Source: Raillietiella orientalis
Taxonomy: Eukaryota
Length of the DNA stretch: 64,000 nucleotides
Assembly: GCA_036172245.1 (NCBI GenBank)
Contig: JAYWIR010000045.1
Coordinates: 372,001-436,000 of the forward strand
Direction of reading: 5' to 3'
Part shown: positions 11,968-25,802 of the stretch, one piece after another
How the letters are laid out: each line of letters opens with the position of its first letter
Numbering within the stretch: the first letter of the stretch is position 1
The notes under the pieces: model-generated
What the model was told of the DNA's origin: nothing
The model's input: only the letters and a program-made list of their open reading frames with translations
The model's database searches: none
Position numbers and translations under genes: made by a program

Positions 11968-14900
11968 GAGCGGATGAGGAGCAAAGATGGAGCCCCAGAC
12001 GATGCATCTCTGGAGGCGGCGAAAACAGAATCCGCGCGTGGACAATTGGCGAGCGGTTCGTCCTCGGGTCTCAAAGAGGGAGGGACTAGACTCAAAAGAG
12101 ACTGACGGGGTTGGACAGGGTTGAAGGTGTCTCTGGAGGCAGAGGGAAGCAAGACAATGGCGGCGGACCCCTGCTCTGGATGGGCAGAGCCTCCTCCTCG
12201 ACTCGTGCTCTAGAAACTCTGGAAAGGGAACAGCGCGAACGTCTTACAAGGGAAGAGAGAGGAATAAAAAAACGTAGAAGAAAAAGGCAGAGGGAGGAAA
12301 AGGAAAGGGCAAACAGGGGAAGGAAATTCAGGAAATGAGCACGATGCAAAACTCGGGAGGTGGGGATGAGAAGAATGACAAGCGGGGAGGAGGAAGGGGA
12401 GAATCCCGTCGGATAGCCCCTAGAGTTGGGAAGAGCAGCGGTCTTGCCCCCACGCTCGTGGAAGCGGGAAGAGTCGAAGCTACTGCCCAGTAGAGGGGAT
12501 ACGTTTCCTCAACAGCTTCCTCGTTCTCCTGAGAATCCACCGTTTCCCTGTCTCGACTTCGGCACCTCCTGACCACATGCCCGCGACCAGCGTCTCATGC
12601 CGCTGGCCTCTTCCATCCCCAATGATGTCCCGAGGATAAAGCTTTCTCCTGCGAAGGCAGAGATGGCCCAGCGAAGGGGTGCCAGTCCCCCTCGCTTGTG
12701 GGATTCGAGAGAGAAGCAAAGAATGGAGCGAGGCTTTCTGTCGAGGAGTATCGATCCGAGGCGCGGCGCTCCACTTCCGGCTGCCTCGGCAACGCAGGTT
12801 TTTCCTTCTCAGTCCATCGTCCACCCCTGCCTCCCAGGCGGAGAGAGAGATGGGAGACATTGATTTGAAGACGCGCGCGACTGGACCTTTCCTTTTTTCT
12901 CGTTTAGCGACCTTATGGACCGATCAGGCTCCGCGCTCCTCCTCTCCCCCTCTCTCCACGTGACCAGCTCCCCTTCCTTGTGTCCACGCCGCAAGAACAA
13001 GAAAGGAAAAAGCGAAAAAACATATGGAGCGCCAGAACTGTCATCTCCCCCCCCCCTCCTCTTTCTCTCCTTTCCTGCCTTCTAGCACACTCTCCCAGGC
13101 ATCACTTTCGTTGCTGCTAACGGCGACGGTCCCTGGCACCGAGGAGCAGACTGTCAATGTAGGGCTGCTGGTTGCCATGCGACACCCTCCGCTTTCCTCT
13201 CTACGAGAGGTGGCGGGGAGAGAGTAGGTGGCTGGTCTCTTCGAGTCTTCCTTCGATCTCGCGTCTTCCAGGTTCGCACGCTCCCAGGATGCGTCCTCGG
13301 GAACTGCGCGAGGACAAGGGTGATGGGACAGCGGAAGCTGGAGTCGCACTTTTCCGTCAGGGACGCGCGCGGAGGCGGCAGCCGGTCTCTCCTCGCTTCT
13401 CCGCTCAGCCTGCAGGGAGAACGCGGTGGCCAGTACAGAAACGCAGAGCTAGGCAACCGCAGAAGACTCCAGCCGCAAAATCCGGGTAGAACTCTTCGTC
13501 CCCTTCCGGTCCCCTGAAGAGAAGGAAGTTCACGTCGTTCCCTCAGGTCATGGAGCTTTCCGAGCAGCCCGATAGCATATCGCCTCCCACGCCCTCCTGC
13601 AACGTGGAGACCTGAAAGAATATTCGGGAATCCTTCTCAGGGACGAGGAGGAAACCCTCTTCCTACCCTATTCCTCTTCCTGACTCCCGTCCGCGCCCGT
13701 GGCCCCTCAGGGACAGGCAGGACGGTGGCGCTCCCGACCGCATCCTTCTCGGCCCCAGCCATCTTTCTCTAGGAGTACTGGGAATCTCTAAGCGGATGAT
13801 GAAGAAGCCTCTTTCCCTAGAAGTAGGATCTCTCTGTCTCCCTCCAGCTTCTTCAAGGCATCCCGGCGAGGTTCGCGCCGGGGCGCGCCTCCCCGGGAGA
13901 AAGCCTGGAGCGAGGTCCACCCAGCTAGCAGCTGCTTGGAAACTTCCTGAGGATTCCCCGGGCACAGTGGATAGGCAACACACTCGGCTTCGCGGGGACG
14001 ATTGATGGCCTCGAAGACGACCAGAGTTGGTGGCACGCGCGCAACGAAGGCAAAAGAACGCCCCGAGGCCCCGTTTGCCCTTAGTTTCGAACCCGGAGCG
14101 TCCCTCGATCAGTCCTGCGGCCTGACGAGAACACCAGTCGATTGAAAAGAACTCTGAGAGAACTCCTCCAGGGGCAGGTGGAATCAGGAAGCAGGGATCT
14201 CCCGAGGCAAGGTCGAAACTAGGCACCGGAGGTGTTTCCCTGACAATACGCCAATCAGCAACATAATCATCCCGCCGCACGAGACCTCTTCGCCCTCCCC
14301 TTCCCGGGAGAGCTTCTTCAGTACGTGCCAGCTTCTCCGAGTCAGTGGGGAAAGCGAACTCCTGGCTCTTCGAAGACCACCATTTTTTATTCTTCCTACC
14401 TCCCTCTTCCGGTCTCCCGTGCTCACGGGACTGGTGGGGCTGGCGTTGCCAGCTCCACATGGACGAACTCTCTTTGCTGCGATTCCTCATGCCTGTTGCA
14501 TCTTCTCGGCTGTCTCTCGTCGGCTCCATACTCTCCACCTCTCTTCCCCATACCTTCTCTTATTCCACCGAAATTTCGGAAAGCATTGTGAATCCAGGGG
14601 CTTCCTGAGAAGGGGAGTTTTCGGGCGGTACTCAATAGCGTCCTTGGCTGCTCAGATAGGAAAGGAAAAGAGAAAGGAAGGAGGACGTCAGTAACGCTCG
14701 ATTACTCTGGCTGCAGTTCACAGGCGGGTCCTCGGGAAGAGATCAAATACCCTTAAAAACACAGACGACCCTTCCTTTTCTTTAAAAAAAAAAAAAAAGT
14801 GAGTCGATCACCCGGGATGCGGAGGTGCCTTCTGGGAGCAGCCGACGCTCTCGTATCCCGTTTTCCTTCCTCTTCCTTCAGTCCCTCCCACCGTTCCGCT

Positions 14901-15499
14901 TCCCAATCAGGAAAGGATAAGGGATAATTCCTTTTTCTTCTCCTCCCACCTGCTGAGCGCGCCCTCAAGGCAACGACCTCGAAGGCGGCCGTGTTCTCAG
15001 ACAACCCGCCAGCCAGAGGCCCAGCTCGGAGAGAATCTCTGTGCCCCAACATCCGTTCTGGGCTTCCTCGTGTACCCCTCTTCTCCATCCTCATCCCGAA
15101 CTCCCTGGAATTTACGCGCCCCTGCACGGTCGCGTGGCAGAGAAGCGACATAAAGGAGCCCGCTGCATCTTAGAAGTTCTCGCTTCCGGCTTCTTCGCTC
15201 TGCGTTCATCCCCCAGCTCAGGCGGGAAAAAAGTTTCGGGAAAAACCGAGACTGCGTGCTGCAGAGCAAGTCCACGGCGAGCCCCTTTCTGCTTCCGGAG
15301 TGAAAAAAGGGGAGAAAACCAGAGAGCCCCTAGGGCTGTCCCGTGATAGTCTGTTCTTCCACCACAGCAACCACGCGGGAAGGATGGATGAGCTCTCCTT
15401 CCAGGGACAGAGATTCTCCCTTCCCCTCTTTGAGGAGCCAGGATAGGACCCGACACACTTTGGGGAACAGCGAGAAAGAGAGTATCAGCAGGAGGGGAC

Positions 15500-18400
15500 A
15501 GCGCAGCATCCCGGTGTGGGGATGGAGTTCCCTTCTTCAGGAGTCGAGCTCCTGAAGGACCCGGCGGACTGCCGACGAGAGTATGGCGACGCCCCTTGCT
15601 CCTCTCCCCTCAGGAAACCTCGGGAAGAATGGACCTGCTCTCTAGTCTCATGGTCTCCATGGAGGAAGACGAGGACGAGCCCGAAGAGAGAGGACATCCT
15701 CCGAGGTGCCGGACCATCTCCCAGAGCCTCCGTTCGCATTCTTTCTGCACCAATCCAGCTGCGCAGTACGGCGACGCACGGTTTCCGAGGCCCAACTGTC
15801 TCTCAGCTCCACCCATGCGGAACGGTGGCGCAAGAGAGCTCCTTCCCGTGCGCGACAGGACTACCAACTGTTCCAATCCGCCCCTTTCCGTGCCGCAGAG
15901 CGTTGATCCCTGCGGATGGACGCGTCACCAGGACAGACCCTTCCTGAGCCGCCCGACGGTCCGTCCCGGCTAGAGGATTCCCCCAGGATCCGAGGAACTG
16001 GAGGCTGGCCTAAATTACGCCGCCGCCTCCGAGCTACTCAACTGGCGCTGCCTGGGTTCGGTTCGGTCGTCATCTTGCAGAGGTCAGGTCCAGAGCTTTT
16101 CTGCATCACGGGAGTCTCCTGACGAGGACGGCTGCCGTTGAGGAACAGTGAAAGCGCAGTCTGCCCTCCCCTCCCTTTTCCCTCTAGGTATCGTGGTCAA
16201 CTGGAGACTTCCACAAGAACGCCGCAGCCTCCGCGAAGAGTCGCCTCTCCCTCGACTGCGGAGGCGCTTTCGTGAGCCCTGCGGCAGCCGCAGGAATTCG
16301 GCGCGCGCATTGCGAAGAGTCGCGCGTAGGGGGAAAGGACCGTGGACGGCAGTGTGGCGGCACTGGTCCAGGATGCGTGAGCAGGATGGAAAGTCGTCCT
16401 TGGACTCCGCAGCCTCTGAACCCTTTCGCCAGTAGCGGCTCGCCTTACAGATCTCGGATGACAAAAGGTTCGAGGTCGCTTTCCGGAAGGGCTTGATAGT
16501 CTCGCTCTGGTGACTCACCTTTATGATTCCATGTAAATGTCGCCTCCTATTATGCGACAGGGAAGGAAAAAAGGGCAGAATATTGCGGAATATTTCATCC
16601 TCAACGTGTGGCTCAACGCTGCAGGGCGGCCGCTTCTGTTTTTTTTTTTTTTTTCTTTGTTTCGAACCTTCGCTGGGAAGATGGAGCACCCAAAAGCAGC
16701 GATTGGGACTGCACAGAGGATGCTGAAGGGAGGGAGATGAGTAGCTGACCCGAAACTCGCGCACCACCGATTCGGATCCTTGATTCAGCAGAAGATTGGT
16801 CCCCTTCAGAACGAATTGAAAGGAACGCATCTGCTGAGCTCTTGGGCGGCCGTTCCGAACTACACCAAGTGAGATCCCCCCTAACACCCAGCCTTGAGCA
16901 CGGGCAGTATAATAGGCGAGGAAGGCGACTGAGCCGTGATTATTGCTAGTCGAAGAAACAAAACCTAACACCTTCCGAAGAGTTGGTGCTCTATGCGGTA
17001 GCGGTGGAGAAGAGCGCGCCGAAGGCTCGACTTCGCGGCATTCAGACAAGTCTCAGAAAAAGGAAGGGGGGAGAGAAACGGAACTTGCGCTGACCCCGCC
17101 GATTTTCTGGTGCCGCATCGGAGGGACCGCGACGCGGAGCTCCTGAGGATGGGCAGTTCTTGCAGAGAGCCTGGAGAGACGACTCCGCTCGGTCCAGCTG
17201 ATCTGCTCTTCGAGAAGAGGCTTTGTCTCCTGTTTCTCACTCACGTCTCCGTGCCTCCCTTCCCGGGATTCCCCGAGAACGAAGAGAGAGAGGACAGAAA
17301 GGAGGGATTCGCGTGTCTTTCTCCTGGAGCAGACCCAACGACCGACGCTGTTCCACCGCGAGGCGCGCCCCGGAGTATCCCAAGTCCCTTTGAAGGCCTC
17401 GAGTCCCTTTGAAGGACTTGTGGGCTCCGCGTCGGGACAGCGGTCTTAGCCTCCTGACTCTGGAGCGCGTGGAAATACAGCTGCGATGGCGCACCAAGGC
17501 CATCGCAGCAAAGCTGTGGAGCACCCCTTGGTGCGTTCCGGCCCGAATCCTTGCCAACCGTGTGTCCAGGACCCAAGGACTCGCGTCGTTTCTTCTGTGC
17601 CGCGGCCGGAAGATTCGAAGATGCGGCCTGCTCCTTGGACGCATAGCCTCCCTGGCAAAGGAAAACGGCTGGATGGTATGCAGCCCCGCCAACTCCTCTG
17701 CATAGCTGGAGGAATCTGTTGGAACGTGGGCGAAGTTGAATGCCCAGAGAAGTGACAACTGGAACTGCCTGCGATTCGGCCCCTACGCCCGCTGCACCCT
17801 GCGGACCATTCTGGAGTTTCCCGCAAGGAGCACATGGGCGGAGACTACCCCTTTAGCTGCCCTTCCTGAGGAAGGCGCTTCACAGCAGCCGGACACCGAG
17901 GTGGCAAGTCTCCTGCCGTATCGCAGGCAGAGAGAAGTTGATAAGAGGCTGGACCATGGGATCGTTGGCGGACGCCACGACCCCGAGCGTCCAGCCGAGA
18001 GGACTAACGAGATGGGGCGAGCTGCTCGGCATCCCGATGGATGACCTGAAGTGGCCCCTGGTACTGTCAGGATCCACGATTCTTCCTCTAAAGTGGCAAG
18101 AGTCTGCGCTACTGTTGTTGCATTGGGGTCTACCCTGCAACGCGCGCCGCTTCCACTGGACGCGGGGGAGAGTAAATCCTGAGTGTGCCAGGTGCAGGGA
18201 GCGGGAGTCCTTCCCCCATCTGATAGTTGACTGTCCTTCCCTCTGGCCCCTGTGGGAACGTTTTGGGACGACCCTCGGGCTCCCAGTGGGCAGCAAACGC
18301 AGAGACGTTTTCCGGCTCCTCTTCGGGCGGGACGCCCAGCAGCCAGCCGCAGCACTGGCAACACTCTGCTGCATCCGAGGCATCGTGGAGGCTTGGAGTG

Positions 18401-18763
18401 ATGCCCACGACGAAGAAGTGGATGCAAACGAGATGGACTTCATCCCTTATGCTGTTCGCTTTATGGATAGAGCAGCAGGATGGCCCCAGCTGGGACAAAT
18501 GCTGAAGGACCTCGAGGGCATCCTGCAAAGGATGGGCCCCCCTCCCAGTGAACTGTGATCCCTTCCCGGCCCTCCAAAGTCTTTTTTTTTTTTTGGTTTT
18601 CTTTATTTTTACTTTTTGTTTTTTCCCCCACCCCCCTTCACTGCCGAGGAGAGTCACGCTGGTCTGCGTCCCGGCGTTCCGGCAGTCCGGTGTTGTGTTG
18701 GCCGTTAGTGAAACCTCGTACTACGTTTGTAGAGCTTAATAAACGCCCCGGCGTACCCGGGTG
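15500..18763 (+). mobile_element. Degenerate L1/Tx1-like non-LTR retrotransposon, family B copy B1 (ORF1 remnant, late RT, zf-RVT, 3' UTR)
   Basis: ORF 17938-18558 carries CARCRERESFPHLIVDCPSLWPLW (CX2CX7HX4C zf-RVT). Upstream GWAVLAESLERRLRS and LWAPRRDSGLSLL...AIAAKLW are post-RT L1 motifs. ORF1-like VRILSAP...LHPCGTV at ~15.73-15.83 kb. T-rich 3' UTR, AATAAA at 18738-18743, terminal hairpin. Confidence 0.8.
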
Positions 18764-21700
18764 GAAACTCCGGAGTATCCCTGCTCTCGACAATCACGGG
18801 TGTGTCGCCAGGTCGCGTTTCGATCCAGATGTGGCGCTTGGGAGACCTTCCACCCACCGCGTCGGGAGACGGAAGGATCCCTGGGTGCTCGGCGCACGGT
18901 CGGCGGGCAGGGGCAAACCCGTTTCCGCCGCTGTCGGGGATGCGAGGAACGAAGGCGCAGAATCCCTGCACTTCTGCCGAGTCCCGAACTACGAAACCAA
19001 ACTGGGAAGTTTCTCCCGTCGCCTCCGAACGGCGGCGAGGAGTCACTAAGCGAATAAACGGGGGGACGAGGAAGACTTTGGGGGTGCGGCCAATGCGTCG
19101 ACTGCGTCTCTGGTAAAAGTTCACCATGGCGCTCCTCGCAGCATCCGTGGGATTTCAAGAGCGCACAGCTTCCGGCAGTTCTCCCCTTCCATCTCTCCTT
19201 CTCTCTCTTGTGTGACTCACCTACCCACAGGAAAGAGTGCAGTGCCCTTGTGCGTGTACACTCCACGTGCGTGTGTGTGTACACTCCAGATGTGCTCATT
19301 TTGTGCCGGCTGAGAGAAGGCCGGGTTCCCTCATCTTCCTTGATTTCTCCCTCAACATGCCCTTACGTGAAGAGCTAGAGAAGCTTCGTCCTTATCCAAG
19401 GCTCTCATCTCCTCGAGAAGCTTTTCCCGTGAGTGCAGTAGCCCCAGTGTGAGAAGGGGACTGTGCTGGAGGAGGATGAAGACTTCCTCCGAATCGCCAC
19501 TTCGATGTGCAAGAGTCGAAGATGACCTGCGATGCAGAGAGAGAGAGAACGCGAAGGTTCTGAGCGCCGGCGTGAAGCGGGAGGTCACGGTGGCTCCCAG
19601 AGGTCAAGGGAGAAGCTCGCGGAGCGAGGGACAAGGGAGCAGCACCGAGGGTGTCCTTTCTCCGCGGCCCAGCGTGAAACGGATGGCTTGTGACCCGACT
19701 CCAGGGAGCGGAGTCAAGGGAGGGATACGTATGGCTGCTCCCGGTTGCACGGGTGGACCTACGCTCCTCCTCCCTTCTGCCCTCCCAGCCGAGCCGCCTT
19801 GGAGGAGAGCCCTTTGGAAGTACCGGAAGCAGATTGGGGGAGATGAGGAGGTCCTTCCTTCCCGGCGGTGTCGGCGCTCAGCCTCCGATCTGCCTGCCCG
19901 GTCTTGACCAGTCGAATCACCATCGCTCTCTTGGTCGGTTCGCGTTCCCCTAGGACAGCAGCTTAGCAGCGGACTGCCGAGCGGGCGAGGAACGGGAAAG
20001 GTGGTCGATCACGTGACCCCCTCACTCTCACCTCCTCCTTCTCGTTCGAGTTGGGATTCCGTCTGCCCGCAAGAGCGCGCCGGAGCAGACGAAGGCGGAA
20101 AGAAGGTGGACATCTCGAGAGGAGTTCATCTGGATGAGAGGCGTAAGAGGCTGCTCCTTCTCCACACGGCTCCCCCACCGGACGATGGCGGAACGATCGC
20201 CTGGGGGTTTGGAGAAATCAGAGGAGGGGACGGGGAAACCGGATGGATGGGTCGGACGTAGTGATTCTGGATACGCATGGCTGAGCTCCGTAGGCTCTTC
20301 TCCATGAGATTTCTCGATGGAAAGGTTGCCTAAGGGAGGGAGGGGAGAACGAATGGCCTCCAAGGCACCCGGCTGCTTCCGCTGTTTCCTGTGTCTTCCT
20401 GAAGGCCGTTTGTTCCAATCGAGTCGCAGGGAACTGCAGTGGGGCGGGGTGGGGCGACCGCCCACCAGCTCCGCGTAATCCACTTCCTGTGTCTCCGGAG
20501 CTAAAGAGAGCCGGGAGCGCAGCACCCGCCACGTACGAGGTCCCTTCGGCAAACAAGCAGGCGCGGGGGATGCGAGACGCGTTTTCCTAGTCCATCGCAG
20601 CATCCGGAGATTTTGTTCCCGTTCGGGACGAGTAGCTGACCGGAGGAGTTCGTAGATAGGCATCTCCCGTACCCCCCTTCCTCCTCTCAGCGTCCCCCCT
20701 TCCTCCCCTCCTCCCTGGCAACCCCGGGATGAGAAGTGCCGATTGCCTCTTCCTCGATCTCGGATGCCTCAGGCTGTCCCTCGAATCATCCCAGAGGGAA
20801 AGCAGCGCGCGGTCTCTTTTGCTCCTTCTGCTTTTCCTTTCTTTGCTGCGGGATGGAAATCACCGCAGGCTTCCGCTCTTCTGCAACGGTGACCGCTTCT
20901 TCTTCGGCTGCCACGGCAACTGGCCGGCTCAAGGGGAGTAGTGACGGATGGGAGCATGGAGTAGAGGTCTCGCCGGGGGTCAGAGAGGCCGCGCCGGAGG
21001 GAGCAGGCAGCCCCCACCCAGCTCCGGGACCTCCCAGCTACGTCCCCATCTGGAGCTGCCCCTTCGCAGACCTCCGCCACCTCAGCCTGCAGGAAGCGGT
21101 CACGATCGAAGGGGGAGAGGGAGAAGGGGAGGGGTGGAGAGAGGGAGAGAGGAGGAAGGGAGGACACTTCCGAGACGAGACCGTTACCCCGGGGGCAGTC
21201 AGCGAGAGCACACCGCACGGATACTGGGAGGAGATCCTCTCTCGCGCGGGTACGCGGATCCTGTCGCGCGTCCCCGCAAACGAAAGGTCTGTGCGCGGAG
21301 AGAGGAAAAGGGACGGGAGAGGAAACTCTGGGAGTCCATGAGAGCCTCTCCGGAGAGCTCAGAAAAGAGGCCAGAGATGGATTCGAAATGATGCTTGCTC
21401 CGGGTCAATTAAATTCGCATCAGGCCGGTCCGGAGGAATGGAGCGGCGGATTCACGGATGGCATAGCCCTGGCGACGCGGCTTTCCCCATCCGGAGAAGG
21501 CGCGCGCGAGCATCACGTTCTGAACCAACGATCGTCCTTCGAACGGCGTCCCACCCCCCTCCCTCTCCGGGGAATCCGTCCCCGAAGAGACTCCTGCTCG
21601 TCCGTTCACCCGCGTCGCCTCGCATCCCGAAGCCCACGAGCTCTTCTTCCGTCGAGGGCACTGGCCGCCCCGCATCGAGAGAGGCGCGCGCTCTCCCGCT

Positions 21701-23279
21701 GTCGAGTTCGAAACGCGCGGAGCCGCCGTTGGGAATCGCCTTGAGACGTCTTCCGCTCCTCGATGGAAGAGCGCGAGTGGCGGGCCCTGCCCGGCGTTGC
21801 CGCGTCACCAGGAGCAGTAGTCTCTGTCACCCGTTCCTTCCTTCTTTCGGACTTTTCGGACTCTCCGTTGTAAGGCGACACACGCGCCTGGTGCGAAGGA
21901 GGAGAGGAGGAGGAGAAGTCCGCGGGATCAGTCTGCTTCTTCAGGCGATGGCGATGGAGTGGCGAGGCGCAGCTGGACTCCAACAAGGCCAAGTTGAAGG
22001 GCAAACCCGATCGATCGGTCGATGAACAAAGTAGAGGGAGCCTTCGTGAACACCCTCCGATTTTCTAGACGCACTCACTCGGGCGTCCTGAACCCCTGTG
22101 ACCCGAAAAGGAGAGCACCTGTGCTGTCTCCCCTCCCTCCCCGATAGGACACCTTTTGGAAAGGAAGTCGAACAGGTGGGCGGCTGCACCGTTGCCCCAC
22201 GAGACCTTGGGAAGAACGGGAGGATGGCAAAGAGATATCCCACTTCCGGCGCCGACGCCGAACGCGAGGAAGCCGCGATTCATGAGCCGCTCGGGAGAAA
22301 ATGGAAGGCGAGGAAGAGGCGCCGAAGATGCGTTTTTTTTCCCTCTGGATGGGATGGGGTGGATCGCATCGGCTGGGAAAGGAAGCGATCTCTTCCCAGA
22401 GTACTCTTCCCAAACCACACGAAACATCTGGGCAGCGGCGTTGCCCCCCGACAGGCCGCAAGGTGAGGACTCACACCGGAAAAGAAGCTGATTTTGCTTC
22501 CCTCCTCCTCCTTCGCCTTCCTTTCCTCCTTGAGCGCTCGCCGGTGCTTCCACGCCTTGTGAGAGGATGCACGCGTCCTGGATATCCAGGCGCAGCTCCA
22601 GGCATCACTAACCACCTCCAATACCCACAGCGGCGAGCGAAACGGAGGCGGCACTGGGAGGGAAACGGTTCCCTTGGCTTCGTAGGCGACGAATGTCCTT
22701 TTTCCCTCCCTCTATCATCTCCACATTCCTCCCCTGGACGCAGACAAGGCGGAGGAGCCTGCGACGCCGTCTTCCTGCTGCGAGGAAGTGCCGAGAGTGG
22801 TCCAGGAGGGATACTATGGCAACCGCTTCCTCAGGGGTTGCCGTCACGGAGCGGAGAATCCCTTTATCGGCGCGCTTCTCCTGAATCCTTTCCCAGGAAT
22901 CGGGTCGCGGGCAGTAGGGCAGCCGCCGCCATGTGCGCATCAGGGAAGAGATCCTTCTTCTCTCTCTCTGCGGCAGCAAAGAGGGAGAGCTCTTTGCTGC
23001 TGCATCTGGACCCCTCTTCACACCCTGGGAGGACCGCAGTGGGAAGGAAGGGGGAAGAGAGGGGACGACACACGGGAACCGCACACGCACCAGTAGACTG
23101 TTGCCCCTGCTCCGGCCTCGGAGAGCTCTCCTGGTCGATCCGTTTCCGAAACCATCGCTCCCTACGTTGTTTCTCCCCGGGGTACCCGTTCAAGCCCATC
23201 TCGCCTTCCCATCACGTCATCCAGAGGCTGCCATGTCATCCTTCGTGCCACGCTCTTCCCCGTCGGAATCTCGGGGCAG

Positions 23280-24000
23280 CATCTTCAGCATTTGCCTCAC
23301 GGACTGGAGGATTCTCCGGCAACGATGAAAGGAGGAGCCCCCGGTTCTCGGCCTCAGCTGTCCCTGTGGTGTCTTCCGAATTCACCTTGCGAGGAAACTG
23401 AGGATCTGGATCAGTTTTCCCCGCTTGTCAAGTCGCATCTAAGGATCCGACACGCAGCTCCCGTCTTCCCACCTCCTTCTCCCCTCAGAGTTGAACAGAG
23501 GTCCTAGTCCCTATCTTTGAGCTGTTCCTCTTGTGGGAGGCGCGAGAAGGAGACGCAACGGCTGCTCCACTCCCAGAAGGCTGGGGTGGGTTCTCTAGAA
23601 ATCCTACCTCCTCCCTAGCCAGGAGCAACTAGACTCGGTCCTTTTCAGCCCCTCTGCCACCCTCTTACCCAGGAAGAAGGTTTCTTCCTACCATCTTTGG
23701 CCCTTCCAGGACCTAGTGATGTACCGCCGCTGCCACTTACAGGCAGGCAGCAAGGGGATCTGGAAGGGAGGGGAGAGGAAGACGGTTTCGGGAGCAGGGA
23801 AGCAATTGGCAGGCATGTGACCTGGGGGAACCCACTCTCCCATGCTATCCACCGTGAAAGCGACGGATGCCTCTTCTGGTGGCCCGCGGAGGATTCCTTC
23901 TTTGCTCTCACGTCACTGCATCTCCTGAGACGGGCTGATTCGACCTTGCATCCCGGCGAGCGAACAAGGGGAGCATGCCCCGGATCCCTGCGGCACCCGA
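23280..24000 (+). mobile_element. Family B fragment B5 (ORF1 zinc-knuckle region and possible APE remnant)
   Basis: PHGLEDSP matches B1 PSRLEDSP. cacct..ctcccctcaga matches B3 at ~35375. CSSCG knuckle start; SDGCLFW...FALTSLH resembles the APE GR.l.v...f.l.n motif. Confidence 0.45.
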
Positions 24001-25802
24001 GTTCTCGCAGCACGTGGCCGCGTCATCAACGCCACAGCATGCCTGCAGCATGCTGCATACGGCGGCGCCGGACGACGGAACCCGAGTTCCGCGGCGCGCC
24101 AACTCGTTGATGTATTTACCGACGTCACCGACGGCGTCAGCTTCGTCAGTGCTGCGAGAACACCGCCATCAACCATCCGTCCATGCATGCGGGCGTCCGC
24201 ATGCAGAGGGGCCGGGAGTCGTCAGCGCCTCCCTATCCCCATCTTGGTCCATGATGAATGGTGACAGCTGCTCAGCTTAGTTCCATTAAAAATAGCCTTT
24301 TGTTACGTAACTTTGTCTTGCCAGAATTTTGCATGAGGTGTTGTGTAATGTTGTGGTGTGCAGGCGAGATGCTGCAGGTGATTTGGAATTGGAAATGGAA
24401 ATGGAAACAACTCCGATTGTTTCCATTCTCGAATTTGCCAAAAATTTAGCGGGAATTCCTCCACTACTGTCTAAATATAGCACTTTGGTACAGTCTCGGT
24501 CTGGGACTTCCCACAAGAGCACCGAACCCGTCGAGCTACCGATGAGGAACCCAGAGTGAGCTGCTGCATAAACTCTCGGGGTCACTGAGGTTCAAGAAGC
24601 CGCTGGCTGAGCTGAGGAATTTCTGTTCTTCCTTCAGGCCCTCTGTCCATCTGCTTCCGGTTCCCAAGTTTCCTGCGCTCGCCTTCCCGCAGCCCACCTT
24701 GCTTCCCTCCACCCCTTCTTCTTCCGATGCGAGCGAGGTGCTCCCTTTCTCTCTCTTCGGTGCACCTGGATCCATTTTTTTCCTAAGAGATTAATAACCT
24801 TTCCTACCCTGCTTCTCCTTTGGTCCATCGGAGGTTATTCCCCGAGCGCCGCATCCTTTTCCTCCGCCCACCGTGACAGCAAATCATGAACTGATAGAAT
24901 TTCGCCCTCAGCCTAAATGGTGAGGCGAAGTGAGGCAGCGGATAGACAGAGTGGGCAGCATCTTCTACTGACGATGCGGAGTGAAGGCGCGAGGGAACGC
25001 ACCGGCGACTGGCGCCGTTGTCACGGTCCTTCGAGAACTGCAGAAGTTGGATTTGGCGAAAAGAAGAGAAAAAAACAAATCGAAATGGATCCTGCGACTT
25101 CTTAGCCGACATCCTCGAACTGGCAAAACACGCGTGCGGATGCAAGGGATGACGTTGTATTCTTCAGCTGGGATAATCTCGAGCATGCTTGGAACCATAG
25201 ATTCAACTGCAAGAGTTCAAGAAGGAATTCTCTTAGCTACGAATCCTTCGTAGCACCTCGGCAAGAAAGCGTCGCAAATGCAGGACAAATAAGACACCAA
25301 TAGTCGAGGATACTGACACGGTGACCATTGGCATTCAGCTGTATGTTGTTCTTTTGGCAAGAAAGGATGGCAAGAGGTAGGCAGGAGATGGACAATGAAC
25401 CGCAGCCTCCACCCTAACCAATTTTCCAGCCATCTTCTTCCGCCTCTTTAGCAAGCGATCGATAAAACTGGAGATCCTGAGAGTCTTTTGGATTTGAACT
25501 GCGCCTTACCTGAAGTTGTCGATATAAGGATTAAAGAGGATTTTCGAAACATGCAAGGATGAAAAGCAGGGGTCATCCGGCTCTACAAGACTGACCTCTT
25601 AGCGGACACTCACACTATTCCTTCCAAAGAAGAGATTTCAGCAGCCGAAACTAGTTGCCTTGATGTTCGAGAGTCTCCTTGGCGAAATCGTAGGAGTAAG
25701 CTTGACTGGTGGGATGCGACCAGATTCTCAAATCGTCTCGAGTCATCCTCAAATCATCGACGGGTGCCGTGAGACACGTGAACGTATTTCCATCATTTAA
25801 TA

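Noticed and set aside
19640..20700. Another LINE ORF1 remnant
   Set aside because: Only vague resemblance, with no block shared with the family-B copies.
24286..24585. WD40-like peptide GFLIGSSTGSVLLWEV on -
   Set aside because: Single short motif with no further repeats or exon chain.
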